From the NCBI GenBank assembly GCA_010093745.1, contig MU005968.1, positions 248,001-312,000 on the forward strand: a DNA stretch of 64,000 nucleotides, written 5' to 3'. Position 1 is the stretch's first letter. Every line of letters starts with the position of its first letter. Below are positions 23,700-36,959 of the stretch, in pieces. Position numbers and translations under genes: made by a program. The notes beneath the pieces were generated by a model. That model saw only the letters and a program-made list of their open reading frames with translations. It searched no databases and was not told where the DNA came from. This stretch comes from Piedraia hortae CBS 480.64 (taxonomy: Eukaryota).

Positions 23700-25199
23700 C
23701 AGGAAAGATACTATGAACTCAGCAGCGTTGAGCTAGGGTCATGGAGTGAGCCGAATCGAAGGATGAGAACTTGGTCAACAATCATGGGTATCAGTACCCT
23801 GTGTTTTGAGAAGTTGTTCCGGGGGGTAAGGAAGGCATCATCAATGGATAGCCAGAGCAGATGAATGAGCATTAAGAAAAAGCGGGAGACTTGTGGGCAG
23901 CTGACGGTCAGCGTGCAAAGATGAACCCTGTAATAGAGTGATGGATTCTGGAGTCTGATTGCTGGGGAAGAAGGACAAACTGAACATGGAAGCAGCCATA
24001 TACGTGTTGGCGTCTGGGTAGACCCTGGCGATAGAAAAATTCCAAAAATGAGGCTTGGGAATGAATTCTGGGTCTGATTTGGCAGGAGTCTCAGCGATGC
24101 AGCTATCATTGATGTGGACAGAGAAAACAGCGACGTAAGGAAGACAACACGACTGCCCGCCCAAGCCGGCGGGCGGAACTATGTACAAGACACAACTAAT
24201 CTATCAGCGACAACAATTTCGATCATGCGATCGACATGCCAAGTCACCGGCAAGGATCGACACTGGCCACTGCCTCGTAGCAGCACGAATGAGATTGGGC
24301 CTATTAACGGGCCTTTAGTGGATTCAGCAGCACCACCTTCATGAATGATTCAAAATTTGATGGTCGAAAGTGGACTATGAGTGAGACCTGGATGAGCCCT
24401 CGGTAACGAGTTAAGAGGAATGTTGGAGACCGAAAATGTGCTGTGTGTGGAGGTCGGAGGATCCTTCTGCGATAAGTTACCATCATACTAGAAGCCTAGA
24501 AGGGATTATGAGTGATCTCTTAGGAGAACGAGACACATCACCAACGAGAAATAGAGTTCATTCTAAGAGAAATAGAATCCCCACCATAATCTTGCGCGGC
24601 GTGCAGCATACAGAAAACCAATACCTCAAAGTGCATTCTTCTCATAATGTACCTACAGGTTAATCAGCTTATCCCGTGAAGGTCTACCCTAAACTCCAGG
24701 TTCCCCGACGGCATCACTGAGGAAATTTTGCCGACAGAGAGGAGATACTGTAAGGGTCTTCATTTGTGGGTCCGAGGTTTGACTCTCGTGAAATTGCAGT
24801 TACCAGCCATGATGGTTCTAATTCCCACGGTTGGATGTGTTGGAGGTAGGTTAGGTGGCGCTTAGCGGCGATTGTCCTTATTTCGGGTAGGGAATAGACT
24901 ATGTGACACAGGTGGGGGTTTTGGAGCAGATCATTATAATCCAATGAATTGAGGGGTGCTTGGCAGGAAGTTTGGTTTGATGGGTCACTCAGGTCGGGAA
25001 GTGGGGCCTGAATGCTGGACTCTGCTTCATCTAGTGGCTGGTCCGATGAATCCAGTGCATTAAGATCTGGGTTCACGCCTGTTCCCGGGTCTTGGTTCGA
25101 TGATGTATTGGATGAGGTCTCAGTCGAGTCTGCGGTCGAGTCCATTTGTAGATGAGACTGCAATAGAGTAGGCGACTTGCGCTGGCCGTTGGTATCCAC
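23700..25199 (-). pseudogene. Unknown gene family X, copy B (decayed)
   Basis: LPDLSDPSNQ...LDYNDLLQNPHLCHIV...HLTYLQHIQPWELEPSW and ARVYPDANTY align by eye with 39.7-42.6 kb. Confidence 0.7.
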
Positions 25200-25879
25200 C
25201 AGGTCTGTTTATTTATCATATTCTGTGCGGCTGGAACTTGTGACCTCAGATCTCCAATCGCTCGTGTTATAATGCCGGTGGAGCATGTTGGCCAAATGCT
25301 ATACCTGATTTGTCTGAATGGCTTTGTGCTTACCGAGGAGCAGATTTATCAGGGTAGTGAGGGAATGTATTCGGCAAGATGAGTAATTGAATCCCAGCAG
25401 AAGTGGCAATCTTGAAGCTCACGTTTTTGAACCCGCTAACTAACTGCAGCCATCACAAACAGCGGGGAGGATAAGATCCCACCAAATCATGACTTTCTAC
25501 ATGCTGTGCAGAGTCCATAACAATCTACTTCAATTTGCTGACAAGTAGATACTAAAGAAAATTTCATCATTTATTTCATGGCCATTTGTCGAAGGCAACC
25601 AATCTGCACCAACACGTCTGAGTCTAAATCTAGTGCATCATGCTCCCGAGAGGCGTTTTAACGCACGCTCCTCGATGCCCTGCCTCGTTGATAGCCGACG
25701 GACCAAGGGAAGCGGAAGAAACTCTCCCATACAATGTGTGGCTGTTCCATTGGACCTGAGCCACCTCTACAGCCGCAATATGCAAAAGCAACGCAAAAGA
25801 ATGCGCACCCATCACGTCTAGGTTTCTCGTCACCACAAAGCCAAGTCCCTTTCTCAAAAAGACGTAGTCGCGACTCAAC

Positions 25880-26430
25880 TCATGAAGCTTCAGAAAGTTC
25901 TCGCGCTTGCACTGTCCACCCTGTCTCGCAAAAAATTTCCTCGACCTTTACGAGCGCAGCCATCATCCAATCAGGCTCTGGAACCCATGGTATATCACTT
26001 GCCAAGTACAAACGGTCGGCTGGCGAAGTAAGATTGTTGTCATTAATCAGGTCACTGGCAGCATTTCTTAGGAAGTTATAGGGGTAACTTTCGGGGCTGA
26101 CAAGATGATTCAAGATTGAAGGTATATATTGCACTGCAAAGGAGCGGCTCGGTTGTTGGTTGCATGTGGCTGAGAAGTGGGACTATTCCGAGTGTTTGTA
26201 CGTGAACTAGTGTACATTTTGGCATCAGGATCTGAACTTGGTCCTTGCCCCACAATGAATGGGTCAACCAAGTCTGGAAGCGACTCCGGCTCTGAATCAA
26301 ACTGCAAGGAAGACAACCCTTCACTGTCGCTGTAGGCGTTGTGTGCGTCTGATCGGTTGTCATCTTTCGTGCTGTTGTGACTCAAGCCCTCAGATCCTAC
26401 GTTGTTGGTGCTAGAAAGCTGGAAGGGCAT
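25880..26430 (-). pseudogene. Unknown gene family X, copy C (decayed, divergent)
   Basis: LPDLVDP and DRLYLASDIPWVPEPDWM resemble LPDL..P and HLTYLQHIQPWELEPSW. Confidence 0.5.
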
Positions 26431-26806
26431 ACTTGCTGTACACGGTATCGAATATCTCCGAATCGATTGGTGCTTGTTACGGTGCCAGTTAATCAGGGCC
26501 CTGAGGGAAGATGTTTAAGGAGTTGTTAGTCATTAACGGAAGGCACTATGCTGAATTTTTTCATTGCAGAAGGCATAAGCTGAGTACAGATAGCCACGAT
26601 ATGATACGCGCTGCACAGTATTTCTGGGAACCCAGCCCAATGCATGCAGATAGAAACTGAGAGCAATCCTGAAGGGCGTTTAAAATCAAAACACATATAC
26701 TGAATCATGTATTAATTCAAGACTGAAGGCCACTGCAGCCTCAAGGGCATATTCTCGAGACTGTGTTTACCATTAGTAGCCATGATGGAAAATACCGAGC
26801 GATGAA

Positions 26807-27492
26807 TTACTCTCTGTTGGGAAATGTACCTCGGCCTTGCCTAAATCTTTGATGGCATAGACGTTGCACAAGTGTTGCTTCAACAAAGCAGAAGCCTGTT
26901 ACAGACCTTGGAGTTGGGACGTAGACTCTAATCGACGACATAATAAAACTCCAATCCCCTCTTATCCAGCCCTCGCAAGAAAAAAGTGACAGGCAGCAGT
27001 CCAACTAGAGAAAGGTATGGACAATTAATAGACATATCCAACAGAAGATACAAACGGTCTAAAAAGATTCAAACTCCTTAGCCGGCACCCTTCCACACTC
27101 GGCATAGAGGAAGAAGAGTTTCGGCGCAAAATACAATTTGTAAGGAAATACACCGCCTTCCCTACCCAGTATCTCTTACTACCCAGCACGAAGGATACCA
27201 ATACCCCAACATATAACCTTCCCTGTATATCCACCCACAAATTTCCCTTTTCCATCTACCGACGCCAGGGCCATTCCAGCGTATTTCTCCATTTTAACAC
27301 ATACTTAAAATGTTCCTCCTCAGTCATACCGGTTGGCGTAAAAAAGACATATGTAAGGTAAACCTGCCAATCCCTATCCTCCTGCAAGTGATGATGTAGT
27401 TTAGTCAGAGGAATGTGATTGCACGGGTCTTGTCGTAGGAGTGAACCTCCGAAGACTAAAGGGGAACGGATATCGACGACAAAAGTTTTCAC
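26807..27492 (-). pseudogene. Unknown gene family X, copy D (central part)
   Basis: LTKLHHHLQEDRDWQVYLTYVFFTPTGM and DIQGRLYVGVLVS match LCKLHDRSRKDRNLQIYLEYIFVAPGNM and DIQRGLYVVVLVS of copy A. Confidence 0.65.
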
Positions 27493-27516
27493 TCAACTTT
27501 GACTGAAAAAGTGAAA

Positions 27517-27736
27517 TGTAGATGTCTATGTCTATATAAGGTGAGGTTCGAAACCTTCCCCACACTACCTCAGTCTAACTGAATCCGCCAGGACAACGTC
27601 AGCGAACCATGCCCTTAAGCATGAACGAGACAATGACCCGCCTCAGGGAAAACTTCCTCCATAGAGGTAAAAACCCTGAGAAGTTTCGACTTCTATGTAC
27701 AGTTCTGGTCATGTTAGGTGCCACACCCTTCTGACA
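27517..27736 (+). mobile_element. LTR-like repeat, family 2 (shorter copy)
   Basis: TGTAGATGTCTA...CTGACA; similar to 17511; no TSD. Confidence 0.6.
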
Positions 27737-30200
27737 ACAATGATTCGTTCGAGTTTTGCATGGATGTTGACGACCAAGCTGACGGGCGAGATGAAATATC
27801 AAGAGGCGGAAGACGAAGACAATTGCAGTTACGATGAGAGTGACTGGGATTCTGAAGATGACGACACTATCATCCGCGATGCCAGCGATATTAGCGAGTC
27901 AGCTCATGAGGACGAAGATGGCAAGTTTCCGATAGTTAACGAGATGTTAGACGTCGAAACTTCAGTACCGATCGACCAAGTTATGCCATATCCTTCTTGT
28001 TTTATTTCGCCAGAAAACATCGACATGAGACCGCCTCACAATCCATGGAACCCGTTTGCTTGCAAACAAGATGCCCTTTTGTTTGCAATATACCATTCTC
28101 ATCGTCATCCTACCAGTGTTACTCTGGTGAACACCTTTTTGAAACTGGTGAAGGAGCTTGCAAAGATCCCAACCAGACTCAAAGTACCCTCATTGGGAAG
28201 ACTGAAGAAGCCTCATAAAATGATCCCCAAACCTCAGGTTATTCGTCGCGAGACCAAATATGGGGCACCATTTTATCAGATTAGTGTGCTTGACATTGTA
28301 CGCATGCAAACCTATAGGAACATCACAGAAGTCGTCCAGTACCCCGATGTGGTAGAGCAAGTGGCGTATGCAGCGACCTATGGAGATTATCTGGATCCAA
28401 GGGAGGCGAGTCAGTTTTTGGCTTGGAGACATCCTGCGGTTGAGTCCATCTAGCTCGACCGAATACGCCTTGTATTACGGCCTGGAGACTCGCTCTAGCC
28501 CGCAGACACAGGAAAACAAGAGATATCTTATTCAAGCGATTCCGCTGATCTTGTTAGAGTCGGTGAACGGGTGCACCCAAGGAAGCTGACGTTCTCTATT
28601 CCTACCAAGGACGGTATGTTGGAGGTGAGCGAGACGACCGTGGTTTTCCTCGAAGAGACCCAAGTTGTGGTAACCCGGGCCAAGGAAGATGTTAAGTTTG
28701 TTCCGCAAGATTGCATGCCGTTCCATGAGGACTTTGGTCCATTCCTGCGAACCCCACATTCGGCAAAGAAGTTCTACACGAAGCATGACGCCCGTGTTGT
28801 GCAGCTCAATGTCAACTTTTGGCAGGACGAGGTAAGTGCGGCGCGAGGAAAACGGTGGAATGCCCTGGAAGTGTGAACTATGAATTTGGCTGGCTTTTCA
28901 CGCAGGGTGAGTCTTGGCTGTCAATGCGAGCAAATCATTGTATGAACTGGACCTAATGTGTGATCTTGTCTAGCACAATTTTCACGTCTCTGCCAACTAC
29001 TATGTTGCGGTTCGTGCCAAGATGAAGGCCCCCAGTATGCTCCGTGGGCTGATGCCGGATCTGGTTCGGCCCCAGCGCGGCGTGCGGGCCTTCGACTCGC
29101 GCAGTGGCCGCCCTGTGCTCATCTCTGGATGCGTCTGTCGGTTCATGGCCGATAATCCTACCGCGGTGGCGCTTTGCTCGATCCGTTGGCATGATTTCTA
29201 CTGGCGCTGGGCAGCAGTCAATCAATGGAAGGACCTTACCGATGTTCTGTTGGATTCAAGCATCGCTGCTAGCGCGTATGCAGGGCACTTGCATAGCAAG
29301 TCAGCGATACCTCCTACACTACCGGCTGCACCCTAGATTTTTCCCTCACAGAGGTTTTCCCTCAGGGTCATGTCATATGTGACATGGTGAATACGCCCCG
29401 CTAGTGTACGACGTGACGTCACCGGCCCACCGGTACAGAACTTTTATTCTGAACGTCCCCTCATTGAAATAGTCAATTCACACTACCATACTGCAACTGG
29501 TATTTGACTCACACACATCTACATCTTTCCTGTCCCTGATTCCGTCTATCGCTCCGTCCTCTTCGGGTCGCTGTGCACACTCACCCACGAGAGCCAAATC
29601 TCTACATGTTCCCAGTCTGGGATTGCTACGACATACCAAGGGATGAACTTCTCAACTTTTGCCAAGGAAAATGGAAGAGGTCCATGATTGGCCTGCCAAA
29701 TCCTTAGATTTTCGGCCCTAAGATCCAACGCCTGCGCACTCAGCTTCCTGCAACGACCCAAGCCGCGCACAACAGGCTCGTCAGCACGTATGTCCTGAGC
29801 TGGAGCCGGAAAGAATACTGCCAATTCTCTAGATGTCTGGGGTCTGCGTCATGTTGAGTGGATTCTTTCGTGAAATGCTGGGAAAGCAGCACGATATTCC
29901 GCGTCAACGCGCTCCTACGACAGGTTAAGACACTACAGACGGCGATTACCCTAATTGAGGAGTTCCGGATTGTGGCTCCCCAGAACGCTGACGAAGGCCT
30001 TTGTTCGTCGGTCAAAATTATCTTGCTCGCCTCGACACGAAGTTACAGAATCGTTCCGATAGAGAATCTGGCCCGCGTCTCAATGTCATGCATTTGCGTG
30101 GCGAGTGGGGTGGCGTAAAGCAGGGTCTCATCGCTTATCGAAAGGAAAGGCAGATGGCCCCTGGTGATTTATGGCAGCACGAGGCAGAGAGCGCGTCTAG
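27737..30200 (+). mobile_element. Degenerate DDE transposase, CACTA/CMC-like, interrupted by a solo LTR
   Basis: NPWNPF, LNVNFWQDEVSAARGKRWN, GVRAFDSRSGRPVLISG...FMADNP...LCS resemble the (S)DDxSGNxSKxWN and GDNP motifs of fungal CACTA-like transposases; stops and frameshifts present. Confidence 0.6.
29248..29606 (-). mobile_element. Solo LTR family 1, with TSD TGTTC
   Basis: TGTTGG...CTACA; TGTTC at 29243-29247 and 29607-29611. Confidence 0.92.
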
Positions 30201-30324
30201 CCGCTGAATGGTCAATGTCCATATGCTTAATCTGCATAGCTGATTGGCAGGCCAAGCATGATAGGGTTTCTACGCCACCGCGTGGCTTTTGACAGTTTTA
30301 ATTCATTTTGCACACGTCGATGAA

Positions 30325-30744
30325 TGGTCCCTTATTACGTAGTTTCGGAATCAGGTATTTCATGTCCACGCTGTGACAGTCTCGATCTTGTCACTTGATT
30401 TTTTTCCCCCGGTTTCTCAGTTGTGATATACCAAAGCGGAGCATCTGATAGATGCCGAACTTCAGTCTGAAAACGTGTCCGGTGACAAGCTTGTGCCAAG
30501 CAACCTGTCACAGTCCGCCTTAAGATTCCACAAATTTCAGACCGTGTTAGCCTGGAAAGAATACTCGGTGATATCCTGATTTCAAATACCACAGGATTCA
30601 GGTCGTGACAGCCTGGAAAAAAACACCGTATGGAATCCTGATCTCAGGTCTCCTGAATCTCAGACTGTGACAGCCTGAAAACATGACCCTGTGATATCCT
30701 AATTTCAGCTTTCAGGTGGAGGCAGCCTGATGCGGGATTGGCTG
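30325..30744 (+). repeat. ~400-bp dispersed repeat with internal ~62-bp tandem units (copy 1); probable DNA-transposon end
   Basis: Units TTCAG..GTGACAGCCTG.AAA...GTGATATCCTGATTTCA at ~30536, 30597 and 30659; homologous to 37619-37979; both copies end at GGGATTGGCTG. Confidence 0.8.
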
Positions 30745-31420
30745 CGTATGTCCGTCCAGACGCACTCTGCATGCCATCTATTGCTCTGTCCGGGTCTCCC
30801 GCCCTCAGCGGTGTTTTGTAGTCCACTAGGGCATTTTTGCACTCCTGGTTCCACCAAAGCGTACCTCGCCTCGCCCGTGGGTTACTCTTCGGTAGCGACG
30901 CTTCCATGGCGCTTTTGATGTTGTTTATCAGAGCAGTGGCCAGCTAGTCGATGCAACCAGGTTCGGGTGTCACCTCGGGTAGCGGGTGGATGGGATGCGC
31001 TTCCCTGAGAGCCTCTTCGTCGCCGTCACTGTAGACGTATCTAGATCGTTCTCGCCTCCGCAAGGGACCCTGGGTGGGGTGTCACTTCGGTTCTAGTCCC
31101 TGGGACATTCGAAAACACCAGATCTATCGTGTGGCCTCTGTTGTGAGTAGATATTCCATGTGTTGCACACAGCGAGGTGGTTATGGGCATAGTCGGGGTG
31201 GGTTTTGGAGAGAAATGCCTGGCTGGATCTGTCGAACACAGTCCATGGCTCCTGCACCATTAGTATGGCGGCGCCGATCGATGCGCCATGGGAGAGTATG
31301 AGGTCATTATTAGGACTGTCGTTTTGCACGTTCGCTAGCAGCAGGAAGATCCTTCGATCGCGTTGGGATGGGCGGCGGTTTCTTAACCCCCAGTGCTTCC
31401 CTTCAGAATTTCAGCCAAAA
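30745..31420 (-). mobile_element. Tad1-like LINE relic (APE endonuclease and linker)
   Basis: AAILMVQEPW, HPDY, SDH-like motif region, TLWWNQECKNA. Confidence 0.75.
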
Positions 31421-31751
31421 CACATGACCATAAATCCCTCCAAGTTCTTGCGCAGATGACGGTCATGGGAAATGCACCTCGAGTCCCGGCGCACCCAACG
31501 CCACCACAGAGCGTGGACACATCCACAGCACGACGCTGCTGAAGACTGGCGTCTGCCTCTAAAGGGGTTCAACAGGGCCCTTTCCTCATATGGTCTGGCG
31601 GCGATGACCATTTGGTGAATTGCATTGCTTCTCCCTATGGAAACATTCATGGCAGGTTCAAGAAAACGCTACAAATGTAGCGGCACGGACCGACTGTATC
31701 GCTCAGTAAAGGAATCGGGACCGTTGGAAATTTGAACAAAGTCAATTTCAT

Positions 31752-34700
31752 TCAGAAGGAGTCTTTGCTCGTGAAATACAGCACAGTAAAACCAGTCTCA
31801 TAGTTGGAAATAACCATTGTTCGTCCGCACGAGAACCAACCATTATAGACTTTCAGCCGATCAGGGAGCTTGAGAATCTTCCGACCATTGACAGTGATCC
31901 ACTGACATGTATTGTCCAAGGCCCAGATTTGCCGGTTTTTGGACAGCGAAGTTGAGCTTGCCGAGGCGGAAGAGTCCGTTTGCGTTTGGGGCTGATTGTC
32001 TTCGTTGGCTGCTAAGCTGTCCACGACAGGCAGGAACCTTGACGACACAAAGCGACCATCGACAAGTATCGAACCATTTTCAGGACCCTCAGCGAGTGTG
32101 CGCACAATGCACGCCTCTTCAATGTCCCATTCATATGTCTCAAGAGACTCCTGAGTGTAGAGCATCCGACCGTCTGCTGAGAAACATGCCTCCTTCATTG
32201 CCAATTCAGAGCTCAGTACCAGCGGGGTTTGTGACTTCGGTCCCCAGATCCTTACTGTCTTGTCGTATGATGCCGATGCAAAGTTCTGCCCATCCGGGGA
32301 AATCGCTATCGCGGAGATCTCTCTCGTATGACCGGGGAATTTTTCTCGCAGAAGTCCACGTTCCAGATCAATAGCCCATATCTGACCGTCGCGCAAACCG
32401 CAAAGGAGTGTTTTGTTGTCTGCGGATAACGCAAGAGCAGTAGCATGGCCCGGCCTGTCTTTTAACTCTCTCAGTTCATCTGCATCCATGTCGCAAATCA
32501 ACACCACATTTTTCGGGGGCAGGCTTAAGGAGGCAACAACCACGAAACGACTGTCCGGTGAGATCAGGATCTTGGTGTAAGAAATTTTTGCAAGCCTGTC
32601 ATCTGTTAACCGCCGTTCGCAAATTTGCGTTTCGATGTTCCAAACGCTGAGCTGGTTATCTTTAGTCAATGAAGCCAGTGAACGTCCATCCGTTGACAGC
32701 GCAAGAGTAGCGGGACCAGTCCGATGCTGCGGGCTCTTCAAGAGTAGATCCACGTCCAGCTGTGTACTTTGTCCAGACCAATACCCCGCCCAGATTGCCT
32801 TCCCGTCGGGCGATAATGTCATGGCTGTGACGATGTCTCCCAACCGCAGTTTCATCGGCTCTTGTTGCGTTTGAAAGTCGTAGAGATAAAGACTATCCCC
32901 GTCACCAAAAAGAACTTTCTGGCTGTCTGGCGTAACCATGAGACATTTGTTGTAAGAATTTTTCATTCGCATGATCTGCTCAACTTGGTCGGTGGTGCAG
33001 TGAAACACCGATATCGTGTCATCCACAGACCAAAAGACAACGAACTTGCGGTTTGGCGAAATGGCGATGCAGTCGATATCAGTACCAACTTGGCATAGTT
33101 TTTCAGGCCCAGCTTGTGGGCTCCATTTCCAGATGTCTGTGGATCCCGACACCAGTGTCTCGCTATCTGATGAGAAGTGCAGGCACCGCACTGGAGAGTT
33201 ATGACCCTCAACCACCTGTCCGGCGTTGTTGTCGGCGTCCCAGATGTAAATCCCGCCGTTGCGCAAGCCCCAAGCGGCATATCGGCCGTTCGGAGAGACG
33301 GAAACGCTGAGTGCAGCGCTTTTTGCAACGTCTATTGCAAAGAATTTAACCATTTCCTCATCGTTTTCTTCATCGCTTTCTTCAACGCTTGGCAGTTTGA
33401 TGTCAATTGGCCTGGCGTCGTCTTCCAAGTTCCACCTCCAATAACCTCCGGTCAACTCGGCAATGACCACAATGTCTTCTTTGGGGAACGCTGAGGCGGC
33501 GCGAAGATCAATACGTAACGACCTTTTGACCTTTCTTAAGTCAATTTCCGTACGTTTTTCTTCGGTGCCGCTTTCAACATCCCATAGTCGCACTGTGTTG
33601 TCGTCGGCAATGGTGACAAGCCGTCTCCCGTCGATGGAAGTCATTATTGACATTATACAACCAGTATGCCCCCTCAGGGTTTGCAACTCAAAGCCCCAAT
33701 CAGTCGCGACTGGCGGCCAAACTTGTAAAAACTCTTCCATCTCACTTCTGAAGCTGTTTCGCACAACACTGTTGCTCGGCGCAAAAGCGAGTGCTGAAAG
33801 ATATGTCTGAAGCGGTGTATCGCTGATCAGGTTTCGGTTTGCTGGTACCCATCTTAGCACATCGGCGACAAAGGCGTGTAGCTTCGGCGAAGATTTCGAC
33901 TGCGCAGGGTTAGGCATACTTTTGACAGACTGAAAGGGAAGCGATACATACGTCGATGGTTCTTTGCAGCTGCCAGAGACTTGCTACCATTTCCCCAAGC
34001 TTGTCCAGCCACGCCATTGCTTCTGTCCAGTAAAGAAAACATTCACGCAAGAACTGATCCACTCGTTCGACATCTTCAAGTGTCATCTTGCTTTCGACTG
34101 CATGGCTGGTCCAGTAGCGGCTGGCATACTGTACGGACTCTGGGATGTGCTTCTCGACATCCTCGGCAGGCACACCTTTGCGTTCCGTTGCTGGATCTTT
34201 CAGCTTGCACACATTGCGGCCAAGCTTGGTTTGGAGCAACTTCAAGCATCTGGCAAGGAGGTCGCCATGTGTCTCCTCTTTGTTAACCCACCAGAACGGC
34301 GGTTCGTCCTTAGAGGTTCGGTCCAGAAGGAAGTCCCGGAAAGACTCGTGATATATCTGGACCTTGGCCGGAGATCCCGCTTCCATTTCCACGGTATTGG
34401 GAAATTCGATGACTGAACTCAAAGGATTGAGGGCATCTGCAACAATCCCTATGTTTCCTTCTGCTAGGAGATCAGTAAGCGCCGGGAGGGTGAGCGGGGA
34501 ACGTAGAATAGCAATTGGTTTGATGACTTGGTCGAACCAATCGTGCCACTCTTCATCCAAGTCAATGGCTTGTTGTAGAATGTCCATGTAGATCTTGGTC
34601 AATGCTTTCGAACCAGTGGAGTTGACCTGGGCCACCCACTGTTGTAGTCGTTGTGGGTTGGTACTCACGTCTTTGAGTATGGTGGAAGCTGCGATGAACA

Positions 34701-36400
34701 GTGGCTGAGATATCTCAACGAGTTTTTTGACAACGTCTTCTCCTGGCCAGTCAACGTCTAGTTTCGCAGAGATTTGACCCTTATTTCGCTTCTCGCGAAT
34801 CTTCTTGAGTTCGTACTCGCAGAACAAAGTCAAATCATGTTCAATAGTAGTCGTTTGCAAGTCTTCAAGCCTCTTGTGCTGGAGATCTTTTGACTCTAAC
34901 TGACCGAGCGTAACCGAGATTTCATTATCTGAACGACTCGTCATGAAAACTTTCAAATGCAGGTACTTATGGGCACCAAGTGTAGGCCAAAGTGTCATGG
35001 CTTGACCGATCACTTCCTTGGCATCGCACTCATCAAGAGCATCGATCACGATAACCCTAACATCCGGCGTTGCAAAACATGTGCTATACCCCGAAAGCGG
35101 CTGTTTGATAAGCATGTCGAACTGGCTTGTCAATGGCCTGTCAGTGACAGCAGTTGTGCCGTGGGAGGCTGCGGCAATCTTGTCGCTGATTTCAGGTATG
35201 AAGTTGGCCATTTGACGGGCAACGGTGGGAAAAAGGTTACGCGCTCGATTTAACTCATCCTTGCCTCGCTTGAAAAAGTAGCTCCCTACCAGATGTCCTT
35301 TGCTCTCCAGTTCGTGGGCAACGGTTCGAGCAATCGTGGACTTTCCTGTCCCTGCCTTACCGGATAGCCAGAATACCCTCTGATCACCGGCGGTGGTGGC
35401 CCAGTCCACTATGTCCTCAATGATATCCACCCTGGTATTATTCAGACACAAGTCTAGTTCATAGGCGTCTGTCGAAACGTATGTCGCCCCAGCAGCACTT
35501 TGGAGAGCATTCAGGTCTAGTGTTTTTTGGACACCTTTGACCCCTTCCTCTATCGCTTGCAGATCACTCTTCAACGAGTCCAGTTTTTTGCCTTGCTCAT
35601 TCGTCAACTTGCAATCGCATGCCCTTGCATGGCGCTCAACGGCTTCGAGCAGCTCCTTGTGCTCGTTCTTGAAGTCTGTTATGACGTTACTAGCCACAGC
35701 TTGTATCAGGCGTTCGAATCCGGACTTGTCGCCAGTGTTCTGGGCGTGTGCCACAAATTTAAGAATGCAGCCGTATAGCTTGACGATACTGCGATACAAA
35801 TTCCCAATCTCCTGTGTCCAACTGAGCTGGCCATATACGTCAAAGTATACGTTGAGGAGGAGGCTAGTGTCTAACGTAATTTCGATTCCCTCCAAAAGCG
35901 CCTCGCTTTGTTTATGGGCCTTCTGAGCAACCTGGAGGAATGGGGTCACCATGGGTTGTCATCGCAGAGCAGTCGCTTACCATCAGGAGAGAGCGAATGC
36001 CGGCCCACGGCAGACTGAGCACCTCCGCTTGGGCATTCGTCGCCACGTCAAATACCGTCGCGAAGTGCATAATTTGACCAGTGATTTTCCTCATCTTAGC
36101 ACGGTACGGCTCAAACCTTTTCTCCTGATATCGTCCTCTTAAAGCCAAAAGTCCAGCCTCGTCTCGCGCAGGATCGTTCGGCAAACAAAGTTGCTGTTTA
36201 ATAAACTTTTTATAATCGTCAGGAAGATCGTCTAAAGCATCGAGCAGTAGCCTGTCCCTGTCCTTGAAGGAGGTTTCTGGTGTTTTGCCTGGACTTGCGG
36301 CTTGGGTAGATGCACTGTGTGGCGACGAAGATTGTGGCCTGGATGAAATCGAGGTTTTCGATTTAACCTTTTCTTTCGGATCCTTCGCCCTTGAGCGCAT
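31752..36400 (-). CDS. Fungal NLR: N-terminal helical (NACHT_N-like) domain, NACHT NTPase, WD40 repeats (HET-E/NWD-like); ~1515 aa; introns 35932-35980 and 33900-33951
   Basis: LPWAGI, CLNNTR, WLSGKAGTGKSTIARTVA (P-loop), VIVIDALDEC (Walker B), YHESFRDFL, YASRYWTSH, PLQTYLSALAFAPSNSVVR, GH...WD repeats. Both GT..AG introns join the three ORFs in frame without stops. Confidence 0.92.
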
Positions 36401-36959
36401 AGCGGGCACAGAAAGTAGTGAGAATGAACACTGAGGAAGACCTGGAATGGAGAAAGTTGTTGCAAGGCCTTGCCGGGCCCAAGGCTGAAGCCTGATGAGG
36501 GGTAAAAGTGGCGTGCATGCATACGGTCAACCGATGACGTGTGAAGTTACATCAGTGAGGAGCAAGTGTTGGGAAGATTGCACTTCATACTAACCTGTAA
36601 TCCTGTCAATCTATCATGGCGTCGGGACTTTTTTCCTCACACACCACCGTACTACTATGAATGAGGTATCCCAATAGGACCGAAGTTGTGGTCCTGCGCG
36701 ATGACATCTTTGTATAACATCAACTACAACCACAGCTCGCGACTCTTCGTTTAGCATTCGCAATGGACTGGATATGTGTTGTTCTAAACGTAGTCTTTCA
36801 GCGTTGAAAGGAACCTAACAGTCCTCCCCACCTCTTCCCGCACGTCCTCACTGAATACTGAGTTTTCGTCACAATTTCGAACTTGAGTGATGCCACGCAC
36901 GACCATACTACATACCTATGGGCCACCCAGTTGCAAAGTTCTTGTCTGGAAGTATGGTG

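Noticed and set aside
30536..30710. CRISPR-like array
   Set aside because: Eukaryotic DNA; the units are degenerate along their whole length with no unique spacers, and there are no cas genes.
20226..30744. CAACTAATCCCC as the left TIR pairing with ...GGGATTGGCTG
   Set aside because: The match is short with three mismatches, and there is no matching TSD.
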